A stretch of DNA of 64,000 nt from a virus. The stretch spans positions 1 to 64,000 of IMG/VR virus record IMGVR_UViG_3300027734_002590. One strand, written 5' to 3'. The translations under genes and the position numbers were made by a program. Shown one piece after another: positions 21,507-32,200 of this stretch (position 1 is the first letter of the stretch; each line of letters starts with the position of its first letter). Below the pieces are notes generated by a model. It ran no database searches and was not told the DNA's origin. It saw only the letters and a list, made by a program, of their open reading frames with translations.

Positions 21507-22337
21507 CTATTCTTGCGGATTGAATAACTGTACAACTTCTTCTCGAATCTCATCCTTTTTAATTAGATCAAAAATGGCTTCTTGGAAACCTTTTAATACT
21601 AATTCTTGACTATCCTGCGGTGCTAGCCCCTTGCTGGCTAGATAGAATGTTATATTACTATCTAGGCATTGTGTTTGACTGCCGTACTGGACCTTAGCAG
21701 TGACATTATCACTAATAACTTCAGGACGACTGTAACAGCGGCCTCCGTTGCCTGTAACAATATTAACACTTTCTAAACTTGTTTCTGCTATTTCTGCTTC
21801 GGGGCAGACCCTTACAATGCCCTGATACACAGTCTGACTATCCTCACCGGCATGAGCCCCAATTAACTGCGTACACAATGATTGGGCTCCTTGTTGGAAA
21901 ACCTTGGTAATAATTTCAGTATCGCCACCGTCTTCATTACTCATATAACCATAACTGGCTAAACTTCCACCATCTTCGATTTCAATTTGAAAGATGTGTT
22001 TATTAAATTTCCCACCTTTTGTAAAAATACCTAGTTGTAGGCTTGCACCTTCTCGTATTTTTACATCGTATAGAAAAACCTGCTGAAGTTTGGGGCTAGA
22101 TTCATTTAAAATAATAACATCAAGGTCGGCATGTTCTCTAACGTCAATTTTTAAATGTTTGGCTAGCATGCCTTTTTCTGTAGGGTTTAATCTAAGAACT
22201 ATGCTATCTGCTTGACCATCTTTTAATTCAACAGTATTTGCATCGCTAAGTTTAAATTGTTTGCCAAAATATTCATCTGGGCTAAACAGCCAATCAGGAT
22301 CGCCCTTTTCAGCTTGTAGAAAGCTTTGAATACCCAT
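21507..22337 (-). CDS. SufD/SufB-like beta-helix protein (divergent)
   Basis: TVYQGIVRV, SRPEVI, FYLASKGL...LVLKGF resemble the SufB/D C-terminus; coupled to sufC-like gene. Confidence 0.75.
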   Translation of the reverse strand: MGIQSFLQAEKGDPDWLFSPDEYFGKQFKLSDANTVELKDGQADSIVLRLNPTEKGMLAKHLKIDVREHADLDVIILNESSPKLQQVFLYDVKIREGASLQLGIFTKGGKFNKHIFQIEIEDGGSLASYGYMSNEDGGDTEIITKVFQQGAQSLCTQLIGAHAGEDSQTVYQGIVRVCPEAEIAETSLESVNIVTGNGGRCYSRPEVISDNVTAKVQYGSQTQCLDSNITFYLASKGLAPQDSQELVLKGFQEAIFDLIKKDEIREEVVQLFNPQE

Positions 22338-23043
22338 CTTCTTGGATCCTTTGTAATAGTTCTTTTCCACCGCTAAGTATTAGTTTGCCATCTACCATTA
22401 CGTGGACATGTGTAGGTTTAACTGCTTCCAATACTAATTTATCTTTTGAAAAGATAATTGTTGCCCTTCCGTCAACCTGTGCCATTTTAGCAACGTGTTC
22501 GATAATTATTTTTGTATCTTCTTCTTCTAATCGTTCGTCAAAATTATCGATTAGTGCCAAGCTAGGTTCTAACATTAATAACCAAAGGAATTCGTTTTTA
22601 ATTGCTTCTTGATAGGTCATTGAATCGCTGTTAGCGTCTTTATATCCGTGGATTTCTCCTAGTCCTAAACTTTGACATAGCTCACCGTAATATTCTTTAA
22701 GTGTTGTTATATCTCGAGTATCTTTTCTATACTTTAGGACTGCTTCGATAAGACTCCAGTTCGTTTGATTTGGAACTTCAATGAGCTCGCTGAATACACC
22801 AATGATTCCATTTTGACTACGTTGATGGATAGGTTGATTGTTGATTTTTTTATTTTTGTAATGTATACTGCCTTCTGTAATTTCTATATAAGGTAGTCCT
22901 ACTAGAGAATACATAAGTGCAGTTTTTCCTGCCTTCTCAGGACCAAGTATAACGTGTATTTCATTACGCTTAACTTCTAGATTAATATCATGAAGAACTA
23001 TTTGTTCTTGTGCTATTGCTGTTAGATTTTTTATTTTTAGCAT
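22309..23043 (-). CDS. SufC-like ABC ATPase (degenerate motifs)
   Basis: MLKIKNL, GPEKAGKT, KPTHVHVMVDGKLILSGGKEL...GY typical of SufC. Confidence 0.8.
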   Translation of the reverse strand: MLKIKNLTAIAQEQIVLHDINLEVKRNEIHVILGPEKAGKTALMYSLVGLPYIEITEGSIHYKNKKINNQPIHQRSQNGIIGVFSELIEVPNQTNWSLIEAVLKYRKDTRDITTLKEYYGELCQSLGLGEIHGYKDANSDSMTYQEAIKNEFLWLLMLEPSLALIDNFDERLEEEDTKIIIEHVAKMAQVDGRATIIFSKDKLVLEAVKPTHVHVMVDGKLILSGGKELLQRIQEDGYSKLSTS

Positions 23044-23061
23044 TTAATAATTATAACGTCT

Positions 23062-23619
23062 TTAGAATTTTAAATCAACTATACGTGCATTAATAATAGA
23101 CCAGTCAACAATCTTCCACTGATTTTCTAAATACTTTTTCTTATCAGCTTGATAATCCAATGCCCAAGCATGTTCCCACCAATCTATTAATACTACAATA
23201 TCGTCTTTGATTTCGTGATTAACAATAGTTTTAATCTTACCATCCTTGCTAAGATAGACCCAACCACTGCCTTGTATGCCCATAGCAGTTTTTTCAAAGT
23301 CCTCTTTGAATTTATCAAACGATTTAAAGTAATGTTCGATAAATGATAAACTTGAGTTATCTGGTTTGTTAGAACCTTTTGGCGGACAAAATTGACTAAA
23401 GTAGATTGAATGGAGATAAGCACCTGCTTCATTAAAGTTAGCATCACCTTCTCCTGCATTAAAGCGATCAACATAGGCTTTGTATAGTTTACCGTAATGG
23501 TAATCAATAGCCTGTTTGCTTAAACTGCGTCCTAGACCATCGCGAGCATAGGGCAAAGAAGCTTGTTTCAGTTCCTTTGGCGTACGACCTTCAGCAATAG
23601 TCTTTATAAAATTATACAT
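23062..23619 (-). CDS. sod: Fe/Mn superoxide dismutase
   Basis: LPY, HYGKLYKAYV, GSGWVYL, DWWEHAW. Confidence 0.9.
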   Translation of the reverse strand: MYNFIKTIAEGRTPKELKQASLPYARDGLGRSLSKQAIDYHYGKLYKAYVDRFNAGEGDANFNEAGAYLHSIYFSQFCPPKGSNKPDNSSLSFIEHYFKSFDKFKEDFEKTAMGIQGSGWVYLSKDGKIKTIVNHEIKDDIVVLIDWWEHAWALDYQADKKKYLENQWKIVDWSIINARIVDLKF

Positions 23620-23802
23620 GGTAAATATCCTGTCAAGCGGTCAATAGGGCATCCGAGGATCTGCAAGCTGAGAATTTTCCCTATTTCTTCTCTTAGCACA
23701 GCTAATGTAGCTTTACAGCAAATCGGCGCTCGACTCTTTTTTGGCTTCATGGTATTTATGAAATATTAAATAGCTGTACTTTTAAAAGGAAGGTAAATTA
23801 CC

Positions 23803-24087
23803 ATGGAAATTATTTTAGTTATTATTGCAGTCGTTCTTGGTGCAGTTGTATATTACAGCCGTAAACCAAAAGATTTAGTTGAAGCTGAACAGGCGCCCTA
23901 CAAAGTAGAAGCCGCTCCTACAGCACAGGCTGAAATTAATTCAGTAGCAGATCAAGCCACTCAGGCAGTTGTTGAAAGTATTGCTCCTGCAAAGACTGCT
24001 CGTAAGCCACGTGCTCCAAAAGCACCTGCCGCTAAAAAGCCAGCCGCTAAGAAAACTACTGCGGCTAAAAAGCCTAAAGCAAAGTAA
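23803..24087 (+). CDS. membrane-anchored protein with histone-like AAKKP tail
   Basis: N-terminal TM helix; Lys/Ala/Pro repeats. Confidence 0.7.
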   Translation: MEIILVIIAVVLGAVVYYSRKPKDLVEAEQAPYKVEAAPTAQAEINSVADQATQAVVESIAPAKTARKPRAPKAPAAKKPAAKKTTAAKKPKAK

Positions 24088-25108
24088 GCTCTCGAGCTTG
24101 CTCGGCTAGAGCAAAGCTGGCTAAGTTTTTAGCCTTAGATTCGCACATGATATCATGTGTTTCTAAAAAGCTCAGTGCCCATTCATTCACTGGTTTATTC
24201 CAGTAGAAGTTAGAATGTGCTCTGAGCTTTTGCTTTTTGTAACCCTCTAAAAGAAGTGCCGCATGGTCAGGTGCGGTACCTGCAGGATGTCCAACAAGTA
24301 CGTCTTCGCGACTAATGCTATAATGGCAAGTAGGGCGAACACCGCGCCAACTATCAACAACTCGCTTAACACGGTCGTCTCCAGGTAGGATGTATTCTCC
24401 CTCACGGATCCAGTGATGATGAATATCAAGCACAATAGGCACAATATCAGAAATGGTAAGACAATCATTTAACCCCCATGAGTTTTCTTCGTTTTCAATT
24501 GTAATACAGTTACGAGCTTCTGGCGAGAGCTTTTTATACGCTTGCCTAATACCATCAGGGCCTTCACGACCGCTAATGTGTACATTAATTTTTAAATCTT
24601 GGAAAGATTTGCCGTAGCCCATCCAACGAGCCATATCAGTATGATACTCAAATTCTTCTATTGAACGTTGGACAATCCCTGGATTAGAACTTGCCAAAAC
24701 TGTAAACTGGCCAGGATGGAAAGACAGGCGAACATTATTAGCCCGAGCAAGATCGCCCACTCTCTTAAAGTTGGTTTCGCAGTATGATATAACAGCAGGT
24801 TGGCGCCAATAATCACGGTAAGTATCGTGAGTATAAACAGGGAGAATGTCGCTACTAATCCGAACCATACGAAGATGAGGATCAAGTGTGCTAACACGTT
24901 CTACCAGTCGATAGACTGCCTCGATATTGCCTACCATTAGGTCCCATAACTTTTGCTCCGCGACATCCCTAGTTTGTCTATTTAACCAAGCAACTGTAGT
25001 CGTACCAGTGTTGTATTGTCTAGCAGTATCAGTTTGTTTGATACCGTTGATTTGACTAGGGCCGTCGATCCATTTGCAGGCAAAGCCTATGCGTTTAGTG
25101 TGTGTCAT
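24074..25108 (-). CDS. uvsE: UV damage endonuclease
   Basis: IGFAC, RISSD, SFHPGQF, IENEE, VLDIHHH, RAHS, MCESKAKN. Confidence 0.93.
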   Translation of the reverse strand: MTHTKRIGFACKWIDGPSQINGIKQTDTARQYNTGTTTVAWLNRQTRDVAEQKLWDLMVGNIEAVYRLVERVSTLDPHLRMVRISSDILPVYTHDTYRDYWRQPAVISYCETNFKRVGDLARANNVRLSFHPGQFTVLASSNPGIVQRSIEEFEYHTDMARWMGYGKSFQDLKINVHISGREGPDGIRQAYKKLSPEARNCITIENEENSWGLNDCLTISDIVPIVLDIHHHWIREGEYILPGDDRVKRVVDSWRGVRPTCHYSISREDVLVGHPAGTAPDHAALLLEGYKKQKLRAHSNFYWNKPVNEWALSFLETHDIMCESKAKNLASFALAEQARELTLL

Positions 25109-25138
25109 AATATATTATAACACACACTTTGGTAAAGA

Positions 25139-25669
25139 TCAACCTTCGTATGTTGCCGAATTAGCATTGTGTTCAAAAACTTCTACACTTTTGACACGTA
25201 CACTTGAGTTAATTGGATAACGCATATCCCCAGATGCTAATAGTTCTGCCATTTTGTCGTATGCCATTTTGGCAAACATTTCACAGCCTACACCGGGTAC
25301 TATGCGTAAATCGCATAATGCTCCTCGTTGATACGGTTCTAATGTATCAAAGCCTTGATCGCCATTTCCACTGCTTGGGATATTTCCTAAATTAGCCATC
25401 TGTTGAAAGAATGCCAAATGGGGGTCATCTTGTGCAATAACCAAGGTGTGATCGAACATATGATCAGCCCATGCTTTGAATTCTTTAAGTCCACCGAAAT
25501 CCATACACCAGTTTTTGTCATCTAGTGTGTCGCATTCAAAAATTAATTTAATGCCAATTGAATAACCGTGTAGTGTTGAACAGTGGCTATGCGTGGCACG
25601 CCATTGTCTAAAACAGCATGATAAGCCGCGGTCGTTACCGTAAGTTTTTGTTGAGTAAAATTTTGCCAT
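25139..25669 (-). CDS. queD: 6-carboxytetrahydropterin synthase (QueD/PTPS)
   Basis: CSTLHGYS, MDFG, FDH, EVFEH motifs. Confidence 0.85.
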   Translation of the reverse strand: MAKFYSTKTYGNDRGLSCCFRQWRATHSHCSTLHGYSIGIKLIFECDTLDDKNWCMDFGGLKEFKAWADHMFDHTLVIAQDDPHLAFFQQMANLGNIPSSGNGDQGFDTLEPYQRGALCDLRIVPGVGCEMFAKMAYDKMAELLASGDMRYPINSSVRVKSVEVFEHNANSATYEG

Positions 25670-25689
25670 CTCTAGTCTCCTTATGTATG

Positions 25690-25752
25690 AGCAAGTTTGA
25701 CGACATGCAGAGTTTATAAAGCGGGATGAATGACGTTGAAGACCGCTAACTG
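25690..25752 (-). promoter_or_regulatory. candidate cis-regulatory RNA in the queD leader
   Basis: AGCGG-18 nt loop-CCGCT hairpin followed by TTATAAA, between promoter (~25771-25799) and RBS. Confidence 0.4.
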
Positions 25753-25802
25753 AAGTTACAGTATAGTATACTATAACATCAGTACTTATCTAAAGTCAAC
25801 CT

Positions 25803-26114
25803 CTATTCGAGATTTTTTACGTCTTGTTTGATTTCTTGAATATCTTTGATAATTTCGTGAAGTATAATATATTCACTGGTTTTTGATTCAAGTATATGGC
25901 GCACAACCATCATGGTCCAATACCACCATACTACTAATAAAGTAGCGCCACCGCTAAGGATTAACCATATTAGGTGATTTTCCACTACCAAGTTCCAGCT
26001 GTAAATAATTCCAATAACGGCGGTCACGACGAAACTGCTAAGAGCTAACCAGCCCAACCGCTCGCGATTAAATGCCTGAAGTTTTTCTAAATGAGTTTTA
26101 AGCCTATAATCCAT
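25803..26114 (-). CDS. 2-TM membrane protein
   Basis: Two hydrophobic helices. Confidence 0.65.
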   Translation of the reverse strand: MDYRLKTHLEKLQAFNRERLGWLALSSFVVTAVIGIIYSWNLVVENHLIWLILSGGATLLVVWWYWTMMVVRHILESKTSEYIILHEIIKDIQEIKQDVKNLE

Positions 26115-26192
26115 AATGTTCTCCCTAAAATGAGCCTAAGTTGTGTAATAGGATCACTACTACACAATTACTTATTATGGGTTTTGGGAAAG

Positions 26193-27098
26193 TTAACTGG
26201 CGATTAAACCAAATGGTTTCCATTCGCCGGGGTTGCCGGAAGTAATGCAAATCCATCCGATATAGTCATTAGATTTAGGATTAGTATTCCATACCATGTC
26301 GCCCTTGGTATAATAACCAGAGGTTGGTATTGAATCCGCGGTGGCCATTAATTTATTGGCAAATTTAATGTTACCTGCAACTTCTAAATCTTCTTTAGGA
26401 GTTTTAACATTAACACCTACTTTACCGTAAATGCGGCTAACGGTATCGTGGTTAGTTTCGTGACCTACTGTAAAGTCACCGTTGTATTCTACGCTCACAC
26501 GAGTTTGGCTATCTGTAATGATATCCACAGAACGTGTTTGTATCGCACCAATTTTTGCACGACCATCTTCACCACCAGTAATAACAATTTCTACGTCATT
26601 TTTATTGTCGTAGACAGTGAGTATACCGGTACCTGCTTCTGTACCAATACTTAAACGTCCAGAAGTAGCATTGAAGAAAACTTGATCTGCTAGATTTACA
26701 TTGCCTACTACTGTAAGTGTTTTTAAGTTTCCTACAGTTTGAAGATTACTTTCTACTACACTTCCGCCTAATGTATGCTGGCTTAAAACTCTTGTTCCGT
26801 TAATATGGAAAGCACGGTCTGGTGCTAAGTCGATACTATCAGTAAACCAAAAACGACTTGGATCATCACGCCAAATTAGCTGACGATTGTACTCGTTGTT
26901 AGGCCATAGGAATCCGTGTCCTGAATTTGACCCGCTTTCAGTATTCTTTGAAAATTCAAAGTATGGAGCATCATAACGTGTATGTGCTACAAGTTCGTGT
27001 GTTACGACCTTGTTTACAGTTAAAACACCATAAACATTTAGGTCTGCTCTAGCAGTTAATTTGCCGTTTTCTAGGGTTAAGACGTTTTCAATAGACAT
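26193..27098 (-). CDS. virion/tail-fibre-related protein
   Basis: VGVNVKTP..DLEVAGNI and C-terminal KGDMVWN..P...GWIC...G.WKPFG motifs. Confidence 0.65.
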   Translation of the reverse strand: MSIENVLTLENGKLTARADLNVYGVLTVNKVVTHELVAHTRYDAPYFEFSKNTESGSNSGHGFLWPNNEYNRQLIWRDDPSRFWFTDSIDLAPDRAFHINGTRVLSQHTLGGSVVESNLQTVGNLKTLTVVGNVNLADQVFFNATSGRLSIGTEAGTGILTVYDNKNDVEIVITGGEDGRAKIGAIQTRSVDIITDSQTRVSVEYNGDFTVGHETNHDTVSRIYGKVGVNVKTPKEDLEVAGNIKFANKLMATADSIPTSGYYTKGDMVWNTNPKSNDYIGWICITSGNPGEWKPFGLIAS

Positions 27099-27166
27099 TC
27101 GCGTATTCCAATAGTAGATAATGCCCGCTTGGGCTATACCTACTATTTAGCGGAATACGTTATAGT

Positions 27167-27757
27167 TTATTCGTGCTTGCTTACGATCTGATCAACGAGA
27201 CCGTAATCGAACGCTTCTTCTGCACTCATAAAGGTATCTCGATCCATATCGCGCTCGAAATCTTCGTAAGTTTTACCCTTACTATTGTGTTTAACATACA
27301 ATTCTGTAAGGATCTGTTTCATTTTTGTGATTTCTTTATACTGGATCTCGATGTCGCTTTGCATACCTCGAGCCCCGCCACTTGGTTGGTGAATCATGTG
27401 ACGGGCATAGGGCAACATATAGCGTTTTCCGGCACTCCCTGCCTGAGCAAGAAAACTACCCATAGAACACGCTTGCCCCATAACGTAGGTAGCAATATCG
27501 CATTTTACAAACTGCATAACATCATAAATGCTCATTCCAGCAGTGATAACTCCGCCTGGACTATTAATATAAAAATTAATGTCTTTATCAGGATCTTCGC
27601 TTTCGAGAAAAAGCATTTGTGCTACAATTAAGTTAGCACTATTATCTTCTACAGGTCCATTTAAAAATACAATTCGTTCTTTTAGCAAACGACTATAAAT
27701 GTCATAGGCACGCTCACCCTGACTAGTCTTTTCAACAACCATTGGAACTAAATTCAT
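27167..27757 (-). CDS. clpP: Clp protease proteolytic subunit
   Basis: [34 protein letters not shown]. Confidence 0.97.
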   Translation of the reverse strand: MNLVPMVVEKTSQGERAYDIYSRLLKERIVFLNGPVEDNSANLIVAQMLFLESEDPDKDINFYINSPGGVITAGMSIYDVMQFVKCDIATYVMGQACSMGSFLAQAGSAGKRYMLPYARHMIHQPSGGARGMQSDIEIQYKEITKMKQILTELYVKHNSKGKTYEDFERDMDRDTFMSAEEAFDYGLVDQIVSKHE

Positions 27758-28323
27758 TATTTGATTTCCTCTTGTTCTTCTAACCATTTGTGAGCATCTT
27801 CTTTTGTAAGGCGCCCAGCTTCTACTTCTTTAATTGCTTGACGCAATGCATCTTCAACAAACTCGTTAAAGGTCATGTCACGTTCGTGTGCCATTTTCAT
27901 GTATGTTAGTAATTCTTCATCTGTAAAATTAACTGGCATACTTACTCGAGTATCGTAATCTTCACCAGCCGCAATAGCCAAACACTTTTGAATAAAGTCG
28001 TCATCTACATCTAAATCAACATAGTCGACATCGTCCCATGCCATGTTCTTATCACCACCACGACGTTTGGCTTCTTTTTTCATTTTCTTACGGAAGTCTT
28101 CATTTACCATACGATAAGCACGTTGATGTAGATAGTCGTGAGCTTGTACTTCATAAACTACCTGTGTTTTAGTGTCGAACAAAATAGTAAAGCTATGGCC
28201 ATCGTGGTCGCCGTTCCAGCTGTCTAACTGATAAGCATCGTGTCCATAACATTGCCAACCGTAGTCACTACCTTCTGTAATGCGGTAGCCAACTAGTTCC
28301 ATCCATTCTTTCATTGTAATCAT
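27757..28323 (-). CDS. conserved phage protein, possible C-terminal ribbon-helix-helix
   Basis: [16 protein letters not shown]. Confidence 0.6.
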   Translation of the reverse strand: MITMKEWMELVGYRITEGSDYGWQCYGHDAYQLDSWNGDHDGHSFTILFDTKTQVVYEVQAHDYLHQRAYRMVNEDFRKKMKKEAKRRGGDKNMAWDDVDYVDLDVDDDFIQKCLAIAAGEDYDTRVSMPVNFTDEELLTYMKMAHERDMTFNEFVEDALRQAIKEVEAGRLTKEDAHKWLEEQEEIK

Positions 28324-28487
28324 TTTTCTTCCTTACGTTTAATAGTCCAAGTGCCGTTTTTGTTATCGATCCATTCAATGACGTCGCCTTCTTTCCACCC
28401 TAGCTCTTCACAAGCTTCACTCAAGTCGATCATCAGTTCGCCGTTATCGTCCTCAACAATAGTTTTAATCCAATGGTATCTACTCAT
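28320..28487 (-). CDS. AbrB/MazE-like small DNA-binding protein
   Basis: Manual translation MSRYHWIKTIVEDDNGELMIDL...ELGWKEGDVIEW. Confidence 0.6.
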   Translation of the reverse strand: MSRYHWIKTIVEDDNGELMIDLSEACEELGWKEGDVIEWIDNKNGTWTIKRKEEK

Positions 28488-28495
28488 GCTAGTCC

Positions 28496-28894
28496 TTACT
28501 TTGTTCTTTCTGCTAACTCTTTATAACCTGCCCAACTTGGGTGAATTCCGTCTGCTTGCAAACGGGTCATTGGCAATACTGTGTCGCCATTTTCTGCCGC
28601 CACCTTACGAACCATTTCTTGGATGTCTGGTTTGATAGCGGGCAAAATCCAATAGACTCTATCAGCTTTGGTTAGCTCTCGAATAGTACGCAACTCTGAT
28701 AAGGTTTTAACATACTTGTGATCGTTTGATCCTAGACTGATGATAACATTCTTAGCAATGTAAGGGCTTTTGCCCACATTGGCGTTTAACCATTGGTAAC
28801 TGTTAATACCGCCTTTGGAATATGAAACACATTCCTGTCGCACTTGGGCTGTGCCTACTGCAATACTGTCACCCATAATTAAACAATCAAGCAT
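28496..28894 (-). CDS. SGNH/GDSL hydrolase
   Basis: GDSI, LGSND, DGIHP. Confidence 0.8.
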   Translation of the reverse strand: MLDCLIMGDSIAVGTAQVRQECVSYSKGGINSYQWLNANVGKSPYIAKNVIISLGSNDHKYVKTLSELRTIRELTKADRVYWILPAIKPDIQEMVRKVAAENGDTVLPMTRLQADGIHPSWAGYKELAERTK

Positions 28895-29292
28895 ACTTCC
28901 TCCTCTAGATAACGTTTTAATTCTTTGTCAGTTGGTTCTACTGAGTAGTTCTGCTTGAAGAATATTTCGTAGCTGTCACTACCGTACTTTCCAATACCGT
29001 ATAATTCTGTAGCATCATTGCCGTTCCACGTGAGATAGTCACGACTCATACCTACTAACCGCTTGTATCTAACATTGGTCATGCCTAACGGTGCTAATAT
29101 GCTTTTAACAAATTCTTCATCAGCCGCGATTAATGCGTGTGGGGTAGGGAACCAATAGAGGAATTCTGGTAGGGTATGCTTAACTGGTTTACGTCCAGTT
29201 TGATTAAGCATAATAACCCCAACCATGTGTTCCCAACTATTATCGATCTGTTGTTGGACCATTAGGTCATCACGCAACGGTTTAAACATCAT
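28879..29292 (-). CDS. HhH-GPD DNA glycosylase (MBD4-like catalytic domain)
   Basis: MLNQT, LYGIGKYGSDSYEIF, PTDKEL. Confidence 0.8.
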   Translation of the reverse strand: MMFKPLRDDLMVQQQIDNSWEHMVGVIMLNQTGRKPVKHTLPEFLYWFPTPHALIAADEEFVKSILAPLGMTNVRYKRLVGMSRDYLTWNGNDATELYGIGKYGSDSYEIFFKQNYSVEPTDKELKRYLEEEVCLIV

Positions 29293-32200
29293 TCTTTCCC
29301 AAGTCGTATTCTTTAACCATTTTGTAAAGGGGATCAAACGCTTCCCCTCTACGTTCTATAATGTCCGGACGACTATCTGCCAACATGCTCAAATAGTATT
29401 CATCTGGAAAATGCCGCAACACTCCTAGTGCCCTGCGTCGAATGTCTTTTGGAACTCGAGGAGTTTTCCTTGAATCAAGCAAATCTTCGCATAAGCTCTT
29501 AGCATACATTATAGCACGATAACGTTCATCGGGCAATGTCATTCTTCCTCCGGAGTATTATAATCTTGTCCGCCGTGTTCTGGACAAGCAGTTTTAACCC
29601 AACTACCACCAGTACTAGTACCCGGCTTGCCGCAAGTTTCACAAGTGATGCCTGACATTGATTCAGCCATGCTAACAAGTCCGCTGATATAGTCATCACC
29701 ACCTGAGTAGTAAAAACGTAGTGTACCAAACTTTTCCTTAACCTGATCCAAGGTTACTTGCGGGATAGGTTCTGGAATTTCTCGTATCGGATCTTCAATA
29801 AGTTCTTGCTTACGCTTTTCTTTAAATTCTAAACCTATTAGATCCTTATATTCTTCATCAAACAGAGTAGAGTCGCCGGCTTTGAGTTGTTCAGCCATCT
29901 TGCGAAATTTGATAGCGACTTCACGCTGACGTTCCTTCCAATCAATGTGATGTTGGATATTACCCATAAGCTGATTTAGGATTTGAAACCAACCATCACC
30001 ACATTCAAAGCCCCAACACATACAAGTTTCTTTCATGTCCTTGTTACGGTTGACCATCATCTTTGGGTATACCTTACATAGGTATTCATCAAGTTCTTTT
30101 TTCATAATTTTCCTAGTCGTATGCCACACCGGGCATCTGTTTCTTACCTTCCCAATGGTCACGAGTTACACACAACCCCTTATGCCTTACGTGTAACGGA
30201 TGATCTAAATTGGGTAGTTGTACTCTAACTGATTCACATGATTTCTTAGATTCAAATTTTACAGTTTCTTTGCCTATGAAATCTCCACCCGGGCTATACA
30301 TAGCAACAATTAAAATCCAAGAATATGTCATGTTTTTACATCCCCAGTTACAAGTTTACTTTGTTTAATAGTTCGCATTAGATTTTTATTGCGTTCTTTC
30401 TGTTCTGCGGCTTCACGTTTCTTTTCATCACCTAACTTTAACATCATGTCGTAGTTGCGAGCCCATTCTACACCGTGTAGCCAAGTTTCCAAACCTTCTA
30501 GGCTACCGATAAACAGTTCAGCATCACGTGAGTAAATTGGCAAGGCATCTGCATCTTTCGGAACAAGGCTAAGGCTTTGTTCTTGGCGTTCCCAATCACC
30601 GTGCTTGGGCTGTTTGAATTTGAATCCAAGTTTGTCAACTTTTTCTTCAATCCGTTTGATTCTTTGAATAGTGTTCCAGCCGCTCATTTTATTGTGTCCT
30701 CTGTTGTTATGAAATCATTGATGATTAAATTCAATGCTTCGATCCTGCGTATGTTGCCTGTTACATCTTCAGGGTGCAACCACACACCGTCTGGATTATC
30801 TTCAGTCTTGGGATTCTTCTTCCACTGTGCCAATTCTTTCTTGAGATAGGCACGATAGTCTTTTAAGTTAAGACTGGTAATACGATCAGCAGTTTCGCCG
30901 TCAATCCATTGATAGGGTTTATGCGTTGCTTTGCTCATAGTGTTCTTTCGTTAGTTCACACAACATTAAAAAGTGTTCGTAAGCCTTACGAACTGTTTCG
31001 TTTTTTAACAACTTTTCTGCTTCTACAGCCATAGCGTTAACCCCTTCTTCGGCAATCTCCCTAGCACTGGGTATTTCGATGTAGTATCGATCATTGCCAA
31101 ATGCCTTGGCTAAATTTTCCCAAGCCTTCTTTTGCTTTTCAGTAATGGGTTTATTATGCGGACGCATTTCACTAGCCTTTTGTATAGCTCTGCTCATAGC
31201 ATCTTCGGCAACACGACCTGCGGCAATCATAGGAGCGTAAGCAGGAGTAATGTTGAATCTGCGGCTAGACCCGCCTGGATACACTTGTACTAGGTGAGTG
31301 CCTTTTGAAAAGCTATCGCAAAATTCAGGACTGTAGGTACTGTGTGGTACATACCTGCGACCTTTTTTAACATAAAAAATTGTTTCACTCACTTTTGTTC
31401 CATTCTTTGTTTACGACACATTTCTCTCATTGCTGTGGTAAAATCTGGACTGATTTCCGCTATACTACAATTATACACTCTTTCAGATCCTTCTGCAAGG
31501 GTATTTCCAAGATAAATTAAACTAGACATTGCCAAGAATAAAAACATCAAAGACACTACCATAATCACATGTATTTTCAAATCACTTTTGGTCATAAATT
31601 TCCCATCCGTCTTTTTCGTAATTCCAATGTCTAGTATCGTAAATTTGGAACTCTACAGCATATCCGAATAAGCCGATTGTTAAAAGAAAGCCAGCATGGT
31701 CGCCTTTGAAGGTTAAGTGGGTCTCAACATCAACTAGATAATGTGTACGATATCCGTTGAATTCCCAAGCCTTGTGTTTTGGTAACAGGCCGTTTTTGAA
31801 CCAAATGATACTCCACCGATCACTCCATGGATTGTTAATTGTAAAATTAAAGTTAATCATTCTTCAACTCCTAGATAAAAAGGCACTATGCCATATTTGC
31901 CAATGCTTTCAGGATAGTGATAAAATATACCAATGGCGGGAACAACACCACCCCATGGTTCTTGTCCTGGATATTGTAGCTCAAGATAAAACGGAAACAA
32001 TGGAAAGAGTTTGTCTGCGTCCTTTTCGTCATCACGAGGCATTTCAAAGTTGCCGGGACCAAAGATGAATCTATATCGCTTGCTAATATATCCGTATGGT
32101 GTCATTCTTCAACTCCGAAAAATTGTTTGATACCCTTGCTGGCATCGTTCACTGCCAACGCATATCCATAGTCTCGATCATGCCAATATTTCTGTTCTTC

